From Sedimentisphaeraceae bacterium JB056 (GTDB lineage: Bacteria; Planctomycetota; Phycisphaerae; Sedimentisphaerales; Sedimentisphaeraceae): a stretch of DNA of 64,000 bases. This document shows, piece by piece, positions 18,560 to 29,288 of the stretch (its first letter is position 1; each line of letters starts with the position of its first letter). The stretch covers positions 352,001 to 416,000 of the forward strand of contig JBITAJ010000022.1 of NCBI GenBank assembly GCA_044440125.1, written 5' to 3'. The position numbers and the translations under genes were made by a program. The notes beneath the pieces were generated by a model. That model saw only the letters and a program-made list of their open reading frames with translations. It had not been told where the DNA came from and searched no databases.

Positions 18560-19552
18560 TTACTTGTCAAATGCAGAATCAAAAATGACATCAGAAGGAG
18601 AAAAGTCTACCTTCTTCACAAACTCGCAAGCCTCTCTTGCTCCGTGTTCTCTGTTCATGCCACAATCTTCCCATTCAACAGAGAGTGGACCTGCGTATGA
18701 AAGGTGGTTGAGCGTTCTGATTACATCTTCAAAATCAACTTCCCCATGTCCGAGTGAGCGGAAATCCCATCCTCTTTTCATATCTCCAAAATTCAAATGC
18801 GAACAAAGTATTCCGCTCTTTCCATCAAGCTGCAAAGCGGCATCTTTCATATGTACATGGTAGATCCTTTCGGGAAACTCTTTCAAAAACGCTGCCGGGT
18901 CCATCATTTGCCAAATAAGATGACTTGGATCAAAATTAAAGCCGAAAGTCTCACGACCGCTCAAAGCTTCGATAGCTCTTGCCGCCGTATATGTGTCAAA
19001 CGCTATTTCAGTAGGGTGAACCTCCAAAGCAAATTTCACGCCGCATTCATCAAATACATCAAGTATAGGATTCCACATATCCGCAAAATATTTGAAACCA
19101 TCATCAATCATCTCATCTGTAACCGGAGGGAAACTGTAAAGCATATGCCAAATAGAAGAACCGGTAAAACCTGCCACAACATTAACACCCAGATTCTTTG
19201 CCGCCCTTGCGGTATTCTTCATAGCCTCAACTGCCCAAGCTCTCTTCTTTTCAGCATCCCCGCTGCAGTCAGCAGAAGCAAAAGCATCAGAACGACTGTC
19301 ATTGTTCAGATCGCAAACAAGCTGCCCTGCCAGATGATTGCTGATAGCAAATACTTCAAGCCCGTTATCCTCAAGTATGCCTTTCTGCTGCTTGCAGTAT
19401 TGAAGGTCTGTTGCCGCCTTGAATACGTCAAGATGGTCACCCCAGCATGCCAGCTCCAATCCATCGTATCCCCATTCCGAAGCTTTTTTTGCAAGCTCTT
19501 TCAAAGGCATATCCGCCCATTGCCCTGTAAATAATGTAACTTTTCTTGCCAT
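18560..19552 (-). CDS. Sugar phosphate isomerase/epimerase (xylose-isomerase-like TIM barrel)
   Basis: GYDGLEL, FALEVHP, NFDPSH, HVHMKD and LSVEWED metal-binding motifs. Start follows a GAGG RBS. Confidence 0.88.
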   Translation of the reverse strand: MARKVTLFTGQWADMPLKELAKKASEWGYDGLELACWGDHLDVFKAATDLQYCKQQKGILEDNGLEVFAISNHLAGQLVCDLNNDSRSDAFASADCSGDAEKKRAWAVEAMKNTARAAKNLGVNVVAGFTGSSIWHMLYSFPPVTDEMIDDGFKYFADMWNPILDVFDECGVKFALEVHPTEIAFDTYTAARAIEALSGRETFGFNFDPSHLIWQMMDPAAFLKEFPERIYHVHMKDAALQLDGKSGILCSHLNFGDMKRGWDFRSLGHGEVDFEDVIRTLNHLSYAGPLSVEWEDCGMNREHGAREACEFVKKVDFSPSDVIFDSAFDK

Positions 19553-19609
19553 TTTAAACCTCATATAAAATTAAGTTGATCTTATTTTCAATCTCAGAAA
19601 CCCAATATA

Positions 19610-20779
19610 TCAGCTTTTGATTTTCGTCCATTTTTTATCACTTTTACTGCTTTCAACCACTGTTTCTATAAAAAGCATTCCCCTGAGACCGTCATCAATA
19701 TTGGGGAAATCAAGCTCAAGAGCAGTGGGTTCCTTACCATTTTTCTTAGCTATAACAGTATCGGCAAAATTGACATAGTTATTCGCAAAAGCTTCTATGA
19801 ACGCCTCTGGATGTCCAAATGGCAGTCGTGTTGCTCTGCCTGCAGCCTCGCTCTTTGCTCCCACATAATCATTACCTCTTCGCCATATCTCTACCGGACT
19901 CTCAGGTCTGCTGACATAGAGGTAATTTGGATGTTCCTGATGCCATTCAACAGAACCCTTTTCGCCGTAAACCCAAATTGCAAGGCCATTCTCCTCACCG
20001 ATGGATATCTGACTGGCATGTAAGATTCCTTTTGCCCCGTTATCAAACTTCAGCAGACAATTGACATCATCATCAAGCAAGCGTCCTTCAACAAAAGTTG
20101 TCAATTGTGCACAAATTTCGGTTATTTTCAATCCTGTGATGTATTCGGATAGATTCTCAGCATGAGTACCAATATCACCTACACAACCGCCTGCACCGCT
20201 CTGATTTGGGTCTGTACGCCACTTAGCCTGCGCACTGTCTGTGTCTTCAAGTTTTGTAGCAAGCCAGCCCTGCGGATACTGCACAACGATTTTGCGTATT
20301 TCACCCAAATCGCCATCTGATACCATATCCTTAGCAAGCTTAACCATCGGATACCCCGTGTAGTTGTGCATAAGCCCAAAAGCACTGCCATTGGCTTCAA
20401 TAATTCCCTTCAGCTCTTTGGCCTGCTGTGAGTTGAATGTTACGGGTTTTTCACACATAACATCAAACCCAGCCTCAAGAAACTTTTTCGCAATATCAAA
20501 ATGCAGATGATTAGGGGTAACGATAGACACAAAATCTATCCTCTTTTCTACTGGCAAAGCCAATTCTGCATCAATCATTTCCTCATAACCGCCGTAAACT
20601 CGTGACTTATCAAGACAAAGTTCTTGAGCCATCTGGAAACTTTTTTCAGCTTTAGAAGAAAAAGCGCCTGCTACAAGCTCTATTTTACCATCCATCAAAG
20701 CTGCCTTGCGATGCACCTCACCGATAAAAGCACCGGGACCGCCGCCAATCATACCCATTCTTAATTTAAAATTTTTCAT
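19610..20779 (-). CDS. Gfo/Idh/MocA family oxidoreductase (cytoplasmic)
   Basis: MGMIGGG, TPNHLH, CEKP and GDIGTH motifs. Confidence 0.92.
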   Translation of the reverse strand: MKNFKLRMGMIGGGPGAFIGEVHRKAALMDGKIELVAGAFSSKAEKSFQMAQELCLDKSRVYGGYEEMIDAELALPVEKRIDFVSIVTPNHLHFDIAKKFLEAGFDVMCEKPVTFNSQQAKELKGIIEANGSAFGLMHNYTGYPMVKLAKDMVSDGDLGEIRKIVVQYPQGWLATKLEDTDSAQAKWRTDPNQSGAGGCVGDIGTHAENLSEYITGLKITEICAQLTTFVEGRLLDDDVNCLLKFDNGAKGILHASQISIGEENGLAIWVYGEKGSVEWHQEHPNYLYVSRPESPVEIWRRGNDYVGAKSEAAGRATRLPFGHPEAFIEAFANNYVNFADTVIAKKNGKEPTALELDFPNIDDGLRGMLFIETVVESSKSDKKWTKIKS

Positions 20780-20811
20780 AAAAGCTCCTGTTTCACCTCG
20801 ATTTAATTCTA

Positions 20812-21534
20812 TTATATATTTTCCAAGGACTCCATATTATCACCACATGGCGTTTTGAAAACAACTGGAGCAACCCAGCGAACAGCATTGCTAATAACCT
20901 TCATAACACTCTCATTGTAATATATCGGAAATGTCTCATGTCCTGGACGAAAGTAGAATATCTTGCCATTACCTCTTTGCCATGTACACCCGCTTCTGAA
21001 TACCTGCCCACCTGCAAACCATGAGATTAAAAGCAGTTGGTCGGGTTCAGGTATATCAAAACGTTCTCCATACATTTCGGTATGTTCAAGTTCAAAATAA
21101 TCACCAATACCTTGCACAATAGGATGTGAATGATTTACAACCCAAAGCCTTTCTTTTTCACCAGACTCACTCCATCTGAGATTACAACTGGTACCCATCA
21201 GGGCTACAAAAATCTTTGAAAGATGTGAAGAATGCAGTGGTATAAACCCCATGCCTTCATTAATTCTTGCCTTGATCTTTGCAACAAGCTGATCCTCAAC
21301 CTTATGATGAGCAGCATGCGACCACCAAATAAGAACATCTGTTTTCTCAAGCAGTTCATCAGGTAAACCTTGACAAGGATCTTCAAGTGTAGCGGTAACT
21401 ACTTCAAAGTCTCTTTCTTTTTTAAGATCATCACCAATAGCATTATGTATACCATTGGGATAGATCTTTGCAACTTCCTGATTGGTCCTTTCATGCTGAA
21501 ACTCATTCCATACGACAACTCTTATCTTATTCAT
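20812..21534 (-). CDS. ThuA (trehalose utilisation) domain protein
   Basis: VVVWNEFQHE, YPNGIH, DVLIWWSH, LHSSH, EMYGE and YFRPGHET motifs. Confidence 0.9.
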   Translation of the reverse strand: MNKIRVVVWNEFQHERTNQEVAKIYPNGIHNAIGDDLKKERDFEVVTATLEDPCQGLPDELLEKTDVLIWWSHAAHHKVEDQLVAKIKARINEGMGFIPLHSSHLSKIFVALMGTSCNLRWSESGEKERLWVVNHSHPIVQGIGDYFELEHTEMYGERFDIPEPDQLLLISWFAGGQVFRSGCTWQRGNGKIFYFRPGHETFPIYYNESVMKVISNAVRWVAPVVFKTPCGDNMESLENI

Positions 21535-21808
21535 TTAGCCTCGCAGAATATTAAAAGTTAAAATTGGTTAAAACTCTATTGTAATTCTACGTTATAGCCG
21601 GCTTTTTCTCTACAAATATAATCCAGCGGTATATTTTCAACAACAGCTTTTATGGCATTTAAGTCCATATTTTTAATACTTTTACAAAAGGCTATCGATC
21701 GTCATTAAGCAATCTTAAGTTATTGGGTTAAATTACATATTGACTTTATTGAACAATTTTACGAAAATACATATGTTACTTTAACAATATAATTTCGGTG
21801 CCTTATAA

Positions 21809-22702
21809 ATGACACTTAAAACCCCAAATATATTTGATAACGACTTTCCCAAAATAAGACTTTCTATCTGTCAGGTTTTCACCGAACAGTGGAAAGTTGA
21901 AGATAATTATTCAAATCTGCTTAAAGCTATCGATCAGGCGGCAAAAGATGATGCGGAAATAGCAATTACACCCGAATGTGTATTCCACGGCTACGGCGAT
22001 CAGAATTCTGCCCAAAGCCAAAAGCTGCTTTTAGATGCCGCCGAGCCGATAGACGGTGAAAAGATATCGTTATTAAGGGAAAAAGCCACGGCCAACAATA
22101 TGTATATCCTGATTGGTTTCGCAGAGCTTGGCGATAATTACAAAATATACAACTCAGCAGCCTTGATATCAAATACCGGCGAGATAGTATATGTCTACCG
22201 AAAGGTACATTGCAGAGATTTTGAGGACATAATACATGATGGCTATTTCACTGCAGGCGACAATTTTTATTCAGAGCCTCTCAATTTGAAAAATGGCACG
22301 TTCAATATTGGAACCATGATATGCTTTGACAGAGAGCTGCCTGAATCAGTTCGTTCATTACGCTCTCTGGGAAGTGAACTTATTATGTGTCCATTAGCAA
22401 CCAATACAAGCGATCTGAGCAGATTAAATGAAAAAGCCGACAATGAAACCCTAACACGAATACGAGCGGCTGAGAATGAAGTATTCATCGTTGTTGTCAA
22501 TCATGCAGGTCGCTTTAACGGCGGCAGCTTTATCGTAGGGCCAAGCGGTGAAACGGTACTCCAGCTTGATGACAAGCCGCAAGTGAAGACATTGGACCTG
22601 CCTGTGGGAGTAATATCTCAAAATTTCCACAATAACCCTCTGGGATGGATGGGATGGGGATACCGACGAACTGATGTTTACAATAAATATTTAGACTTTT
22701 AG
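21809..22702 (+). CDS. Carbon-nitrogen hydrolase (nitrilase superfamily)
   Basis: E-K-C triad in ITPEC, YRKVH and ICFDRELPE. Confidence 0.9.
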   Translation: MTLKTPNIFDNDFPKIRLSICQVFTEQWKVEDNYSNLLKAIDQAAKDDAEIAITPECVFHGYGDQNSAQSQKLLLDAAEPIDGEKISLLREKATANNMYILIGFAELGDNYKIYNSAALISNTGEIVYVYRKVHCRDFEDIIHDGYFTAGDNFYSEPLNLKNGTFNIGTMICFDRELPESVRSLRSLGSELIMCPLATNTSDLSRLNEKADNETLTRIRAAENEVFIVVVNHAGRFNGGSFIVGPSGETVLQLDDKPQVKTLDLPVGVISQNFHNNPLGWMGWGYRRTDVYNKYLDF

Positions 22703-22744
22703 CATGTATAGAACTTTAATTTGTACTTATAATTGGTATTGAAT

Positions 22745-24832
22745 ATGAGCAACTACATAGTTTTACTTAAACAAGTACCCGATATTTCACAGATAACTGA
22801 TAATGTTTTCAATCCTGAAACCGGTACGCTTATAAGAAGCAAGCTTTCGAATGTAATAAACGAGCTTGATGCCGAAGCACTTGGTTTTGTAAATCATATG
22901 CAAACTATATCGGATCAGAAAGATTCCAAGGTAGTTACTATAAGTATGGGACCGCCCTCTGCTGAAGAAGTACTCAGGTATTCTCTCGCAAGGCTGGCTG
23001 ATACCGCCATACTGCTTTCGGACCGCAAACTCGGCGGTGCCGACACATGGGCAACGGCCAACCCCCTTTCCTTTGCCATAAGAAAAATTGCCAAGGAAAT
23101 ATTCAATGGAGACGATGACTTCTATATCGTCAGCGGAATGCAGTCTGTTGACGGCGATACCGCTCAGGTTCCACCACAGATTGCCTCAGAGCTAAATGTT
23201 CCATGTGTAGCATATGCGACAGAAGCCCACTACCAAAACGGGCGTTTTGAGTTTACAAGAATAATCTCCGGCGGCAGCCAGGTAGTTGCCGTAAAATCAA
23301 AACCGGCAGTAATAACTGTGGCCAAGTATGAGTACCCGCTGTTCTCCACTCTGGAGGCGACAAGAATATCTGACAAAACCGAGGTCATACATTGGACCGC
23401 TGATGATATTGAGGCCACCGGTATAGGCGTAAGCGGATCTAAAACGCAAGTAATACAGGTTTTCCCTCCCGGCAAAACACAAAGAAAATGCCGACAGATC
23501 AAAGATGTAAAAGAATTTGCAGATATCATCATAAAGAGCTCTAAAGCTGATGAGCAGGAAAGTGAAGAACAAGCCGCTTCAGGCTATATACTTCCTAAAA
23601 ACAGAAAAAGTCTGCTGCAAAGAGATTTCGAGAGTACAGACAAGGAGAATGAACACTACAAGATATTGACCGACAAACTCAACGAACTTGGAATTGACAA
23701 AACAGACGATCTGACAGATGAGAAAAAGAAAAAAGTAGTAGATGCCCTGTCGGATCTATTTCACGGCAAAACTCTCAATGACATGATAGATGGCCTTGAA
23801 TCAACAAAACCGTTTTATAACGGAGATGTATGGGTAATAGCCGAAACTCACAAAAACGAGATACACAGCTCAACTTTTGAGCTCTTGGGCAAAGCACGCC
23901 AACTCGCCGATTCACTTGAAAAGAATGTCGGAGTCGTAGTAATGGGCAACAACGTTGAAGGATTCAGCGACGAGCTCATCTATGCAGGTGCTGATACAGT
24001 TTATATAATAGACAACCCTTTATTATCTGAATTTGAACCAAATTGCTTCAAGAAGGTTTTGTCTGCAATAATAGAAGATTATCGGCCGCAGATAGCACTT
24101 TATTCTGCAACACCGCGTGGAAGAGTACTTGCTCCTATGACAGCCTATGGCCTAAACTGCGGACTTACCGCTGATTGTACTTCGCTGGAAATTGGCGATG
24201 TAAGCAGAAAGAATGAGATCGCGATTCTCATGCAGACACGCCCTGCCCTTGGCGGAAACATCATGGCAACGATTTATACGAAAAATTCCACAACTCAAAT
24301 GGTTACCGTAAGACCTGGTGTAATGAAACGTATTGCCGATGACCCCGGAAGAAAAGGAGAAATTGTAAGATTCAAAATAAACCTTTCCGAATCCGACAGA
24401 GCTGCAGAAATCATCAGAACCGAAGAGTCTTGCGGTGGAGCAAACTTCGAATCAGAATTGATAGTCTGCGGCGGCAAAGGTTTGCAGTCTCAGGATAACT
24501 ACGAGAACATAACTCAAAAATTGACGGATATAATGAGGGATAAGCTCCACCTGTCGGCAGAAAAAGGCGCAACAAGGGCTGCCGTTGAACAAGGTTTCAT
24601 CGACAGGCCGTATCAAATCGGACAAACAGGTACTTCAATAGGCCCCAAGATATATCTTGGACTCGGCGTAAGCGGAGCAATACAGCATATGATAGGTATC
24701 GCTAATACCAAAACCATATTCGCGGTCAATAATGATCCTGAGGCTCCGGTATTCAAGCAATGTGATTATTATATGATCGACAGTGTTGAAAATGTTGTAC
24801 CAAAATTAATTGAAGCTTTCAAAAGCATCTGA
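22745..24832 (+). CDS. Fused electron transfer flavoprotein beta and alpha subunits (EtfB-EtfA / FixA-FixB)
   Basis: N-half has KQVPD, SMGPP, ADTWATA and DGDTAQV (EtfB). C-half has LTADC, RPALGGN, QIGQTG and GVSGAIQH (EtfA). One uninterrupted ORF. Confidence 0.9.
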   Translation: MSNYIVLLKQVPDISQITDNVFNPETGTLIRSKLSNVINELDAEALGFVNHMQTISDQKDSKVVTISMGPPSAEEVLRYSLARLADTAILLSDRKLGGADTWATANPLSFAIRKIAKEIFNGDDDFYIVSGMQSVDGDTAQVPPQIASELNVPCVAYATEAHYQNGRFEFTRIISGGSQVVAVKSKPAVITVAKYEYPLFSTLEATRISDKTEVIHWTADDIEATGIGVSGSKTQVIQVFPPGKTQRKCRQIKDVKEFADIIIKSSKADEQESEEQAASGYILPKNRKSLLQRDFESTDKENEHYKILTDKLNELGIDKTDDLTDEKKKKVVDALSDLFHGKTLNDMIDGLESTKPFYNGDVWVIAETHKNEIHSSTFELLGKARQLADSLEKNVGVVVMGNNVEGFSDELIYAGADTVYIIDNPLLSEFEPNCFKKVLSAIIEDYRPQIALYSATPRGRVLAPMTAYGLNCGLTADCTSLEIGDVSRKNEIAILMQTRPALGGNIMATIYTKNSTTQMVTVRPGVMKRIADDPGRKGEIVRFKINLSESDRAAEIIRTEESCGGANFESELIVCGGKGLQSQDNYENITQKLTDIMRDKLHLSAEKGATRAAVEQGFIDRPYQIGQTGTSIGPKIYLGLGVSGAIQHMIGIANTKTIFAVNNDPEAPVFKQCDYYMIDSVENVVPKLIEAFKSI

Positions 24833-24851
24833 ATCTACGAGGAATAGAACA

Positions 24852-26507
24852 GTGAGCACAGAAAAGCAAAAAAAGATAGATACATTAATCATAGGAGCCG
24901 GCAGCGCAGGGCTTTCTGCGGCGTTGAGACTTAAGAATCTTAAACCGGATCAGACTATATGCGTTATCGATAAAGCGGCATCTGCGGGTAATCACAACCT
25001 GTCGGGGGCTGCCATTGAAAAAAACAGTCTTCACGAGCTTCTCGATTCGGTCTGCCCGAGCTGGGATAAGTCAATCGCTGAGGGGCAATTACTGTCGAGA
25101 GAAGTGGATAAGGATTTGGTTTATATGTTCCTGAGCTCAAAGTTCAAGGTAAACATGAAACCTTTGATCAACCTTGCAAAAGCCTTTGGGCTCGGACCGG
25201 GACAAATGCAGCATAAAGGAGACTATCTTCTGTCTGTCAGCAAGCTTTCAAAATGGCTCTCAGATCTCGCAATCGAAAAAGGAATAGAAGTAGTCTACGG
25301 CTTCAGCGTAAAAGATATTATATTCGATGAAGGTAAAGCAAGCGGCGTTATACTCACTGAACAAGGATTGGATAAGGATCGCAATAAACAGCCCAATTAT
25401 GTTCCCGAGGAAAAAGTGTATGCCGATCAAATCATATTGTGTGAAGGCTGCGATGGGCTCGTAACAGAGAGCTTCATAAAGAAAGCCGGGCTCAAACGTA
25501 AGACGACCCAACTATACTCGGTCGGTGTCAAAGAAATAATTAAAGTCAGCGATCAGCAGTATGAGGATTTCGGTCATAATACAAGTGTTCACGCAATGGG
25601 ATATCCTATATGGATGCCTGTTAAAGGCCCTGCCATGTTCGGCGGCGGCGTGTTGTATGCTATGGGCGACAACAATATTGCCGTTGGAATGATAACCGCA
25701 CTCGACTGGGAAGAATGTGATTTCAATCCCCAGGATGCCCTTGAGAACTTTAAGCATACAGAATTTGTAAGCCGATATATCAACGGAGGCAAGGTTATTG
25801 AAGCAGGGGCTAAAATGATACCCGAGGGAGGCTGGCTCGCCGTTCCCAGAGATGTCAAAACTAATTCAATCGGAAAAGCTAATGTGATAATAGCTGGCGA
25901 CAGTGCCGGCTTTGTAAATATGCAGAAGATCAAAGGTGTTCACAACGCCGTAAAGTCAGGTCTTCTTGCTGCACAGGCAATCGCTGAAACAGAAGATAAA
26001 AGCAGAATAGCCGAAAAATATACCGACTTGATCGACAACAGTCCTATAGCAAAAGAACTGAGGCCCGCTGAAAACTATCGACAGACGATAGCCAAATTCG
26101 GTATGGAGATCGGTCTTCCTCTTTCTGCGATAGCATCTATTCTGCCGCGATGGAAGATCGAGCCTGACTATGACACAATGAAAACGAAAAAATACAAGCT
26201 AAAGGGCAACAAGGAGTTTGATAAAGATACTTTCACCTCGCTTGCTTCAACCATTCATCGTGAAGAGCAGCCATCGCATCTTTTGATACTGGATTCATCG
26301 CCTTGTCTTGAATGTAAGGAAAAATTCGGCAGCCCGTGCATCACTTTCTGCCCCGCCGGTGTCTATGAAGAGATAACCGGCACGCTTAAAGCTGCAAATC
26401 CCTCAAACTGCCTGCATTGCAAGACCTGCCAGAGGAAATGTCCTTACGATAATATACGATGGACGGTCCCCGAAGGCAGCGGCGGCCCCAAATACATAAA
26501 CATGTAA
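24852..26507 (+). CDS. ETF:quinone oxidoreductase-like flavoprotein with fused ferredoxin domain (FixC-FixX-like)
   Basis: IIGAGSAG FAD motif, HNLSGA, AKMIPEGG and GDSAGFVN. C-terminal CxxC...CxxxCP...CxxCxxCxxxCP. Probable GTG start after GAGGA. Confidence 0.88.
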   Translation: MSTEKQKKIDTLIIGAGSAGLSAALRLKNLKPDQTICVIDKAASAGNHNLSGAAIEKNSLHELLDSVCPSWDKSIAEGQLLSREVDKDLVYMFLSSKFKVNMKPLINLAKAFGLGPGQMQHKGDYLLSVSKLSKWLSDLAIEKGIEVVYGFSVKDIIFDEGKASGVILTEQGLDKDRNKQPNYVPEEKVYADQIILCEGCDGLVTESFIKKAGLKRKTTQLYSVGVKEIIKVSDQQYEDFGHNTSVHAMGYPIWMPVKGPAMFGGGVLYAMGDNNIAVGMITALDWEECDFNPQDALENFKHTEFVSRYINGGKVIEAGAKMIPEGGWLAVPRDVKTNSIGKANVIIAGDSAGFVNMQKIKGVHNAVKSGLLAAQAIAETEDKSRIAEKYTDLIDNSPIAKELRPAENYRQTIAKFGMEIGLPLSAIASILPRWKIEPDYDTMKTKKYKLKGNKEFDKDTFTSLASTIHREEQPSHLLILDSSPCLECKEKFGSPCITFCPAGVYEEITGTLKAANPSNCLHCKTCQRKCPYDNIRWTVPEGSGGPKYINM

Positions 26508-26514
26508 AGACAAG

Positions 26515-27552
26515 TCAGGATGCTGTTGACTTAAGGCTCAGATCAACCTGAAACTCACGTGGGCAGCATCCCATATGCTTCTTGAATACAGTAGAAAAAT
26601 ACTGACTGGATTCAAAGCCGCATTTAAAAGCAACGTCGGTAATGCTCTTGAAATTCTCACTTAAAAGCATTTTCGCAGCTTTCTGAACTCGACAATAGTT
26701 CAGGTAGTTGAGCGGAGTCATGTTTGTTATTTCTTTGCAGTAAAGACTGAATCGACTTCGTCCCAAATTACACTGCTTGGCCATATCTTCAAGGGACCAG
26801 AGATAATCAACCTGATCCTTAAGCTTCGAGAGAAATATCTCAACCGTTCTTCTGGTATTCACAAGATTTGGATTGAGTTTTATATCTTTCTTCTGAAGCA
26901 GCTCGTATAATTCAAGAAACAGTTCGTTTATGAGAAGCTTCATGCGTGTTTCTGCATTTTCCGGCTCCACCTCAGATATAGCCTTGGCCATATTTTCAAA
27001 ACATCTCTCAATCGCTTTATTAGCCCTCCATACAGATTGCTCATTATGGCTCAGAAGCTCAGTAAGGTGATTAATTTCTTTTCTGGAGAACACCATCCAG
27101 TCGGGCCAATCCCATTTGTCACTGGGGCGTCTTACGCCAAGATCGATTATGAGCCAATGAACCCTGCTGGCATCTATCTCCGGATTCCCTACCTTGTGAG
27201 GCTGCCACGGCCTTGTAATTGTCATATAACCGCTGTCAAGAGAATGGTCCTGCCCATCGATTGAAAAATCTAATTTGCCGCTGGAAATAAATCCGAGCTC
27301 AAGCCCTTCATTGCGATGTTCACCAAGCCCCCAATTTTGTCGGTGCTTAGCATCCCAAACACAGTATAAGCACAATTGAGGCATTACATTGGCAGGCAAT
27401 CTTTTACCGGGGTAACTTCGCCGGCCATAACCGTCAAGAAATAACTCCTCTTTGTCAGCGGCATTTTTCAATGGCTCGCAACTGTCGGCTCGATATAAGG
27501 CCAATGAATCATAAAATATAGCGGGCTGGCTTTTTTGTGTCTGCTTTACCAT
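26515..27552 (-). CDS. AraC family transcriptional regulator
   Basis: Cupin-like HRNEGLE region. C-terminal SITDVAFKCGFESSQYFSTVFKK. Confidence 0.92.
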   Translation of the reverse strand: MVKQTQKSQPAIFYDSLALYRADSCEPLKNAADKEELFLDGYGRRSYPGKRLPANVMPQLCLYCVWDAKHRQNWGLGEHRNEGLELGFISSGKLDFSIDGQDHSLDSGYMTITRPWQPHKVGNPEIDASRVHWLIIDLGVRRPSDKWDWPDWMVFSRKEINHLTELLSHNEQSVWRANKAIERCFENMAKAISEVEPENAETRMKLLINELFLELYELLQKKDIKLNPNLVNTRRTVEIFLSKLKDQVDYLWSLEDMAKQCNLGRSRFSLYCKEITNMTPLNYLNYCRVQKAAKMLLSENFKSITDVAFKCGFESSQYFSTVFKKHMGCCPREFQVDLSLKSTAS

Positions 27553-27703
27553 ATTTAACCTATCCAAAAAATATTTCAAAGTTAACACTTTTATCTTAGA
27601 GGAATTACGCAGGCTGAGAATTACAAATTATACCACTAATTTCAATCTGGTATATCATACTTAAACCTGGCATAAAAACTACTAAGCTTAAATTAGTGAT
27701 TTC

Positions 27704-27735
27704 ATTATACCAAAAAACATTGGAGCGCTCCAGCT
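27704..27735 (-). promoter_or_regulatory. Promoter for araC with operator TGGAGCGCTCCA over the -35 position
   Basis: Minus-strand TGGTATAAT at 27712-27704. Palindrome at 27721-27732. The 17-mer ATTGGAGCGCTCCAGCT is identical to 13906-13922. Confidence 0.65.
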
Positions 27736-27965
27736 TTTTATCAGATTAATTCCACTTTCAATCACAAGCAATCATTCTTCGGAAAAATAAAGGCGTAAAA
27801 ACCTATTGTATAATCACTTACGTAAAACGCAGTAAATACAGATTTATAAAAGACAGCTTAACGACTCGATCTTCCCGAAAAAATTGCCTTTATTTTCATA
27901 TTTTACCACTTTACGAAGCAGTAAAAAAACAAAATTTCATACCTCACGAATACTGGCAATTTATG

Positions 27966-28019
27966 TTGACAATAAATGGCTAAAATGTTAAACTAAAACC
28001 CTAATTGGAACGCTCCAAT
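27966..28019 (+). promoter_or_regulatory. Sigma70-type promoter with downstream operator ATTGGAACGCTCCAAT
   Basis: TTGACA (27966-27971), 17-bp spacer, TAAACT (27989-27994). Near-perfect palindrome at 28004-28019. Confidence 0.75.
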
Positions 28020-28041
28020 AATATTAATAAACGAGTAAATT

Positions 28042-29277
28042 ATGAAGAACATCCAAAAATCCTTATACGAGTATATCAAAGAGCTTGAAATAATAGACAC
28101 ACATGAACACCTTGTATGTGAGAAATATCGTCTTGAGCGTAATATCGACATCTTTACGCTTATGCATCTTTATGAATATGTCGATATGACCTCGGCAGGC
28201 TACAAACCTCGCAATGGCGAAAATGTATTCGTCAATAATCTATTTACTGATGAGTCTGTAGATATAGATGAGAAATGGAAAAGAGCGTGGCCTCACCTCC
28301 AGAACATCAAATACGGCAGCTACTACCGTCCGACCAAAATACTGCTCAAAGACCTTTACGGAGTGGATGACCTTAACGAGACAAACTACAAGGAAGTCAG
28401 CGAAAAGATAAATAACGCAAATAAGAAGGGGCTATACAAACGTATACTCCGCGATAAGTGCAATATCAAATACAGTCTCGTCCAGAACGGAACCGTAACC
28501 GATCAGGACCCTGCGGATATATTCGTCCCCCTTTTTGCTGATGTAAACTCTTATCAGCTCGAAAACGACAACTTTATTAGGACACTGGAAAAACATTTTG
28601 ATTCCAGTATTGAAGACCTCGATACATATACAAGCTTTCTCTGTTCTTTCATGGAAGAAATGAAGAAACTTGGCGCTGCGGGGTTCAAAATAGCATCGAA
28701 TTATAACGTTGAGCCAAACATCAAAGAAGCATCGAATTCTTTCAAAAAAGTGCTTAAAGGTGAAAAGGCTGATGTCAATCTGCAATCCGCAATACTGGAC
28801 TCTATACTTAAAAAGGCGGCAGAGCTTGACTGGCCTGTTGCCGTCCATTGCGGCGTCTGGTGGGACTACAGGACAGTAGATCCCAAAAACATGATTGATC
28901 TGATACAAAGACATACGAACACAAGGTTCGATCTTTATCACCTCGGGATTCCGGACGTAAGAGATACCATATTTCTCGGCAAAAATTTCCCCAATGTCTT
29001 TCTGAACCTGTGCTGGACATATCTGGTATCACAATCTATAACAGAAAATGCGATAAATGAGATAATCGACACAGTGCCCGTTAATAAAATATTTGCTTTC
29101 GGAGCAGATTCCTGCTGGTCAATAGAACAAGTTTACGGGCATTATATAATTGCCGCGGAAACACTTTCAAGAGCTTTTGCCAAACGTATTGACCAGGGGC
29201 TGCTTGAAATCGATGATGCAAAGCATATTCTGAAGATGTGGCTTTACGACAACCCAGTAAACTTCTATAAATTATAA
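28042..29277 (+). CDS. Amidohydrolase superfamily protein (uronate-isomerase-like TIM barrel)
   Basis: IIDTHEH, VAVHCG, DLYH and FGAD motifs. Confidence 0.8.
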   Translation: MKNIQKSLYEYIKELEIIDTHEHLVCEKYRLERNIDIFTLMHLYEYVDMTSAGYKPRNGENVFVNNLFTDESVDIDEKWKRAWPHLQNIKYGSYYRPTKILLKDLYGVDDLNETNYKEVSEKINNANKKGLYKRILRDKCNIKYSLVQNGTVTDQDPADIFVPLFADVNSYQLENDNFIRTLEKHFDSSIEDLDTYTSFLCSFMEEMKKLGAAGFKIASNYNVEPNIKEASNSFKKVLKGEKADVNLQSAILDSILKKAAELDWPVAVHCGVWWDYRTVDPKNMIDLIQRHTNTRFDLYHLGIPDVRDTIFLGKNFPNVFLNLCWTYLVSQSITENAINEIIDTVPVNKIFAFGADSCWSIEQVYGHYIIAAETLSRAFAKRIDQGLLEIDDAKHILKMWLYDNPVNFYKL

Positions 29278-29288
29278 TCAGGCCCCTG

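Noticed and set aside
18797..19534. 245-aa plus-strand ORF
   Set aside because: Antisense shadow of the epimerase gene; no protein-like motifs.
27790..27830. AT-rich sites ending in ACTTA(C), also seen near 49775 and 55480
   Set aside because: Too degenerate in AT-rich DNA to support a specific binding site.
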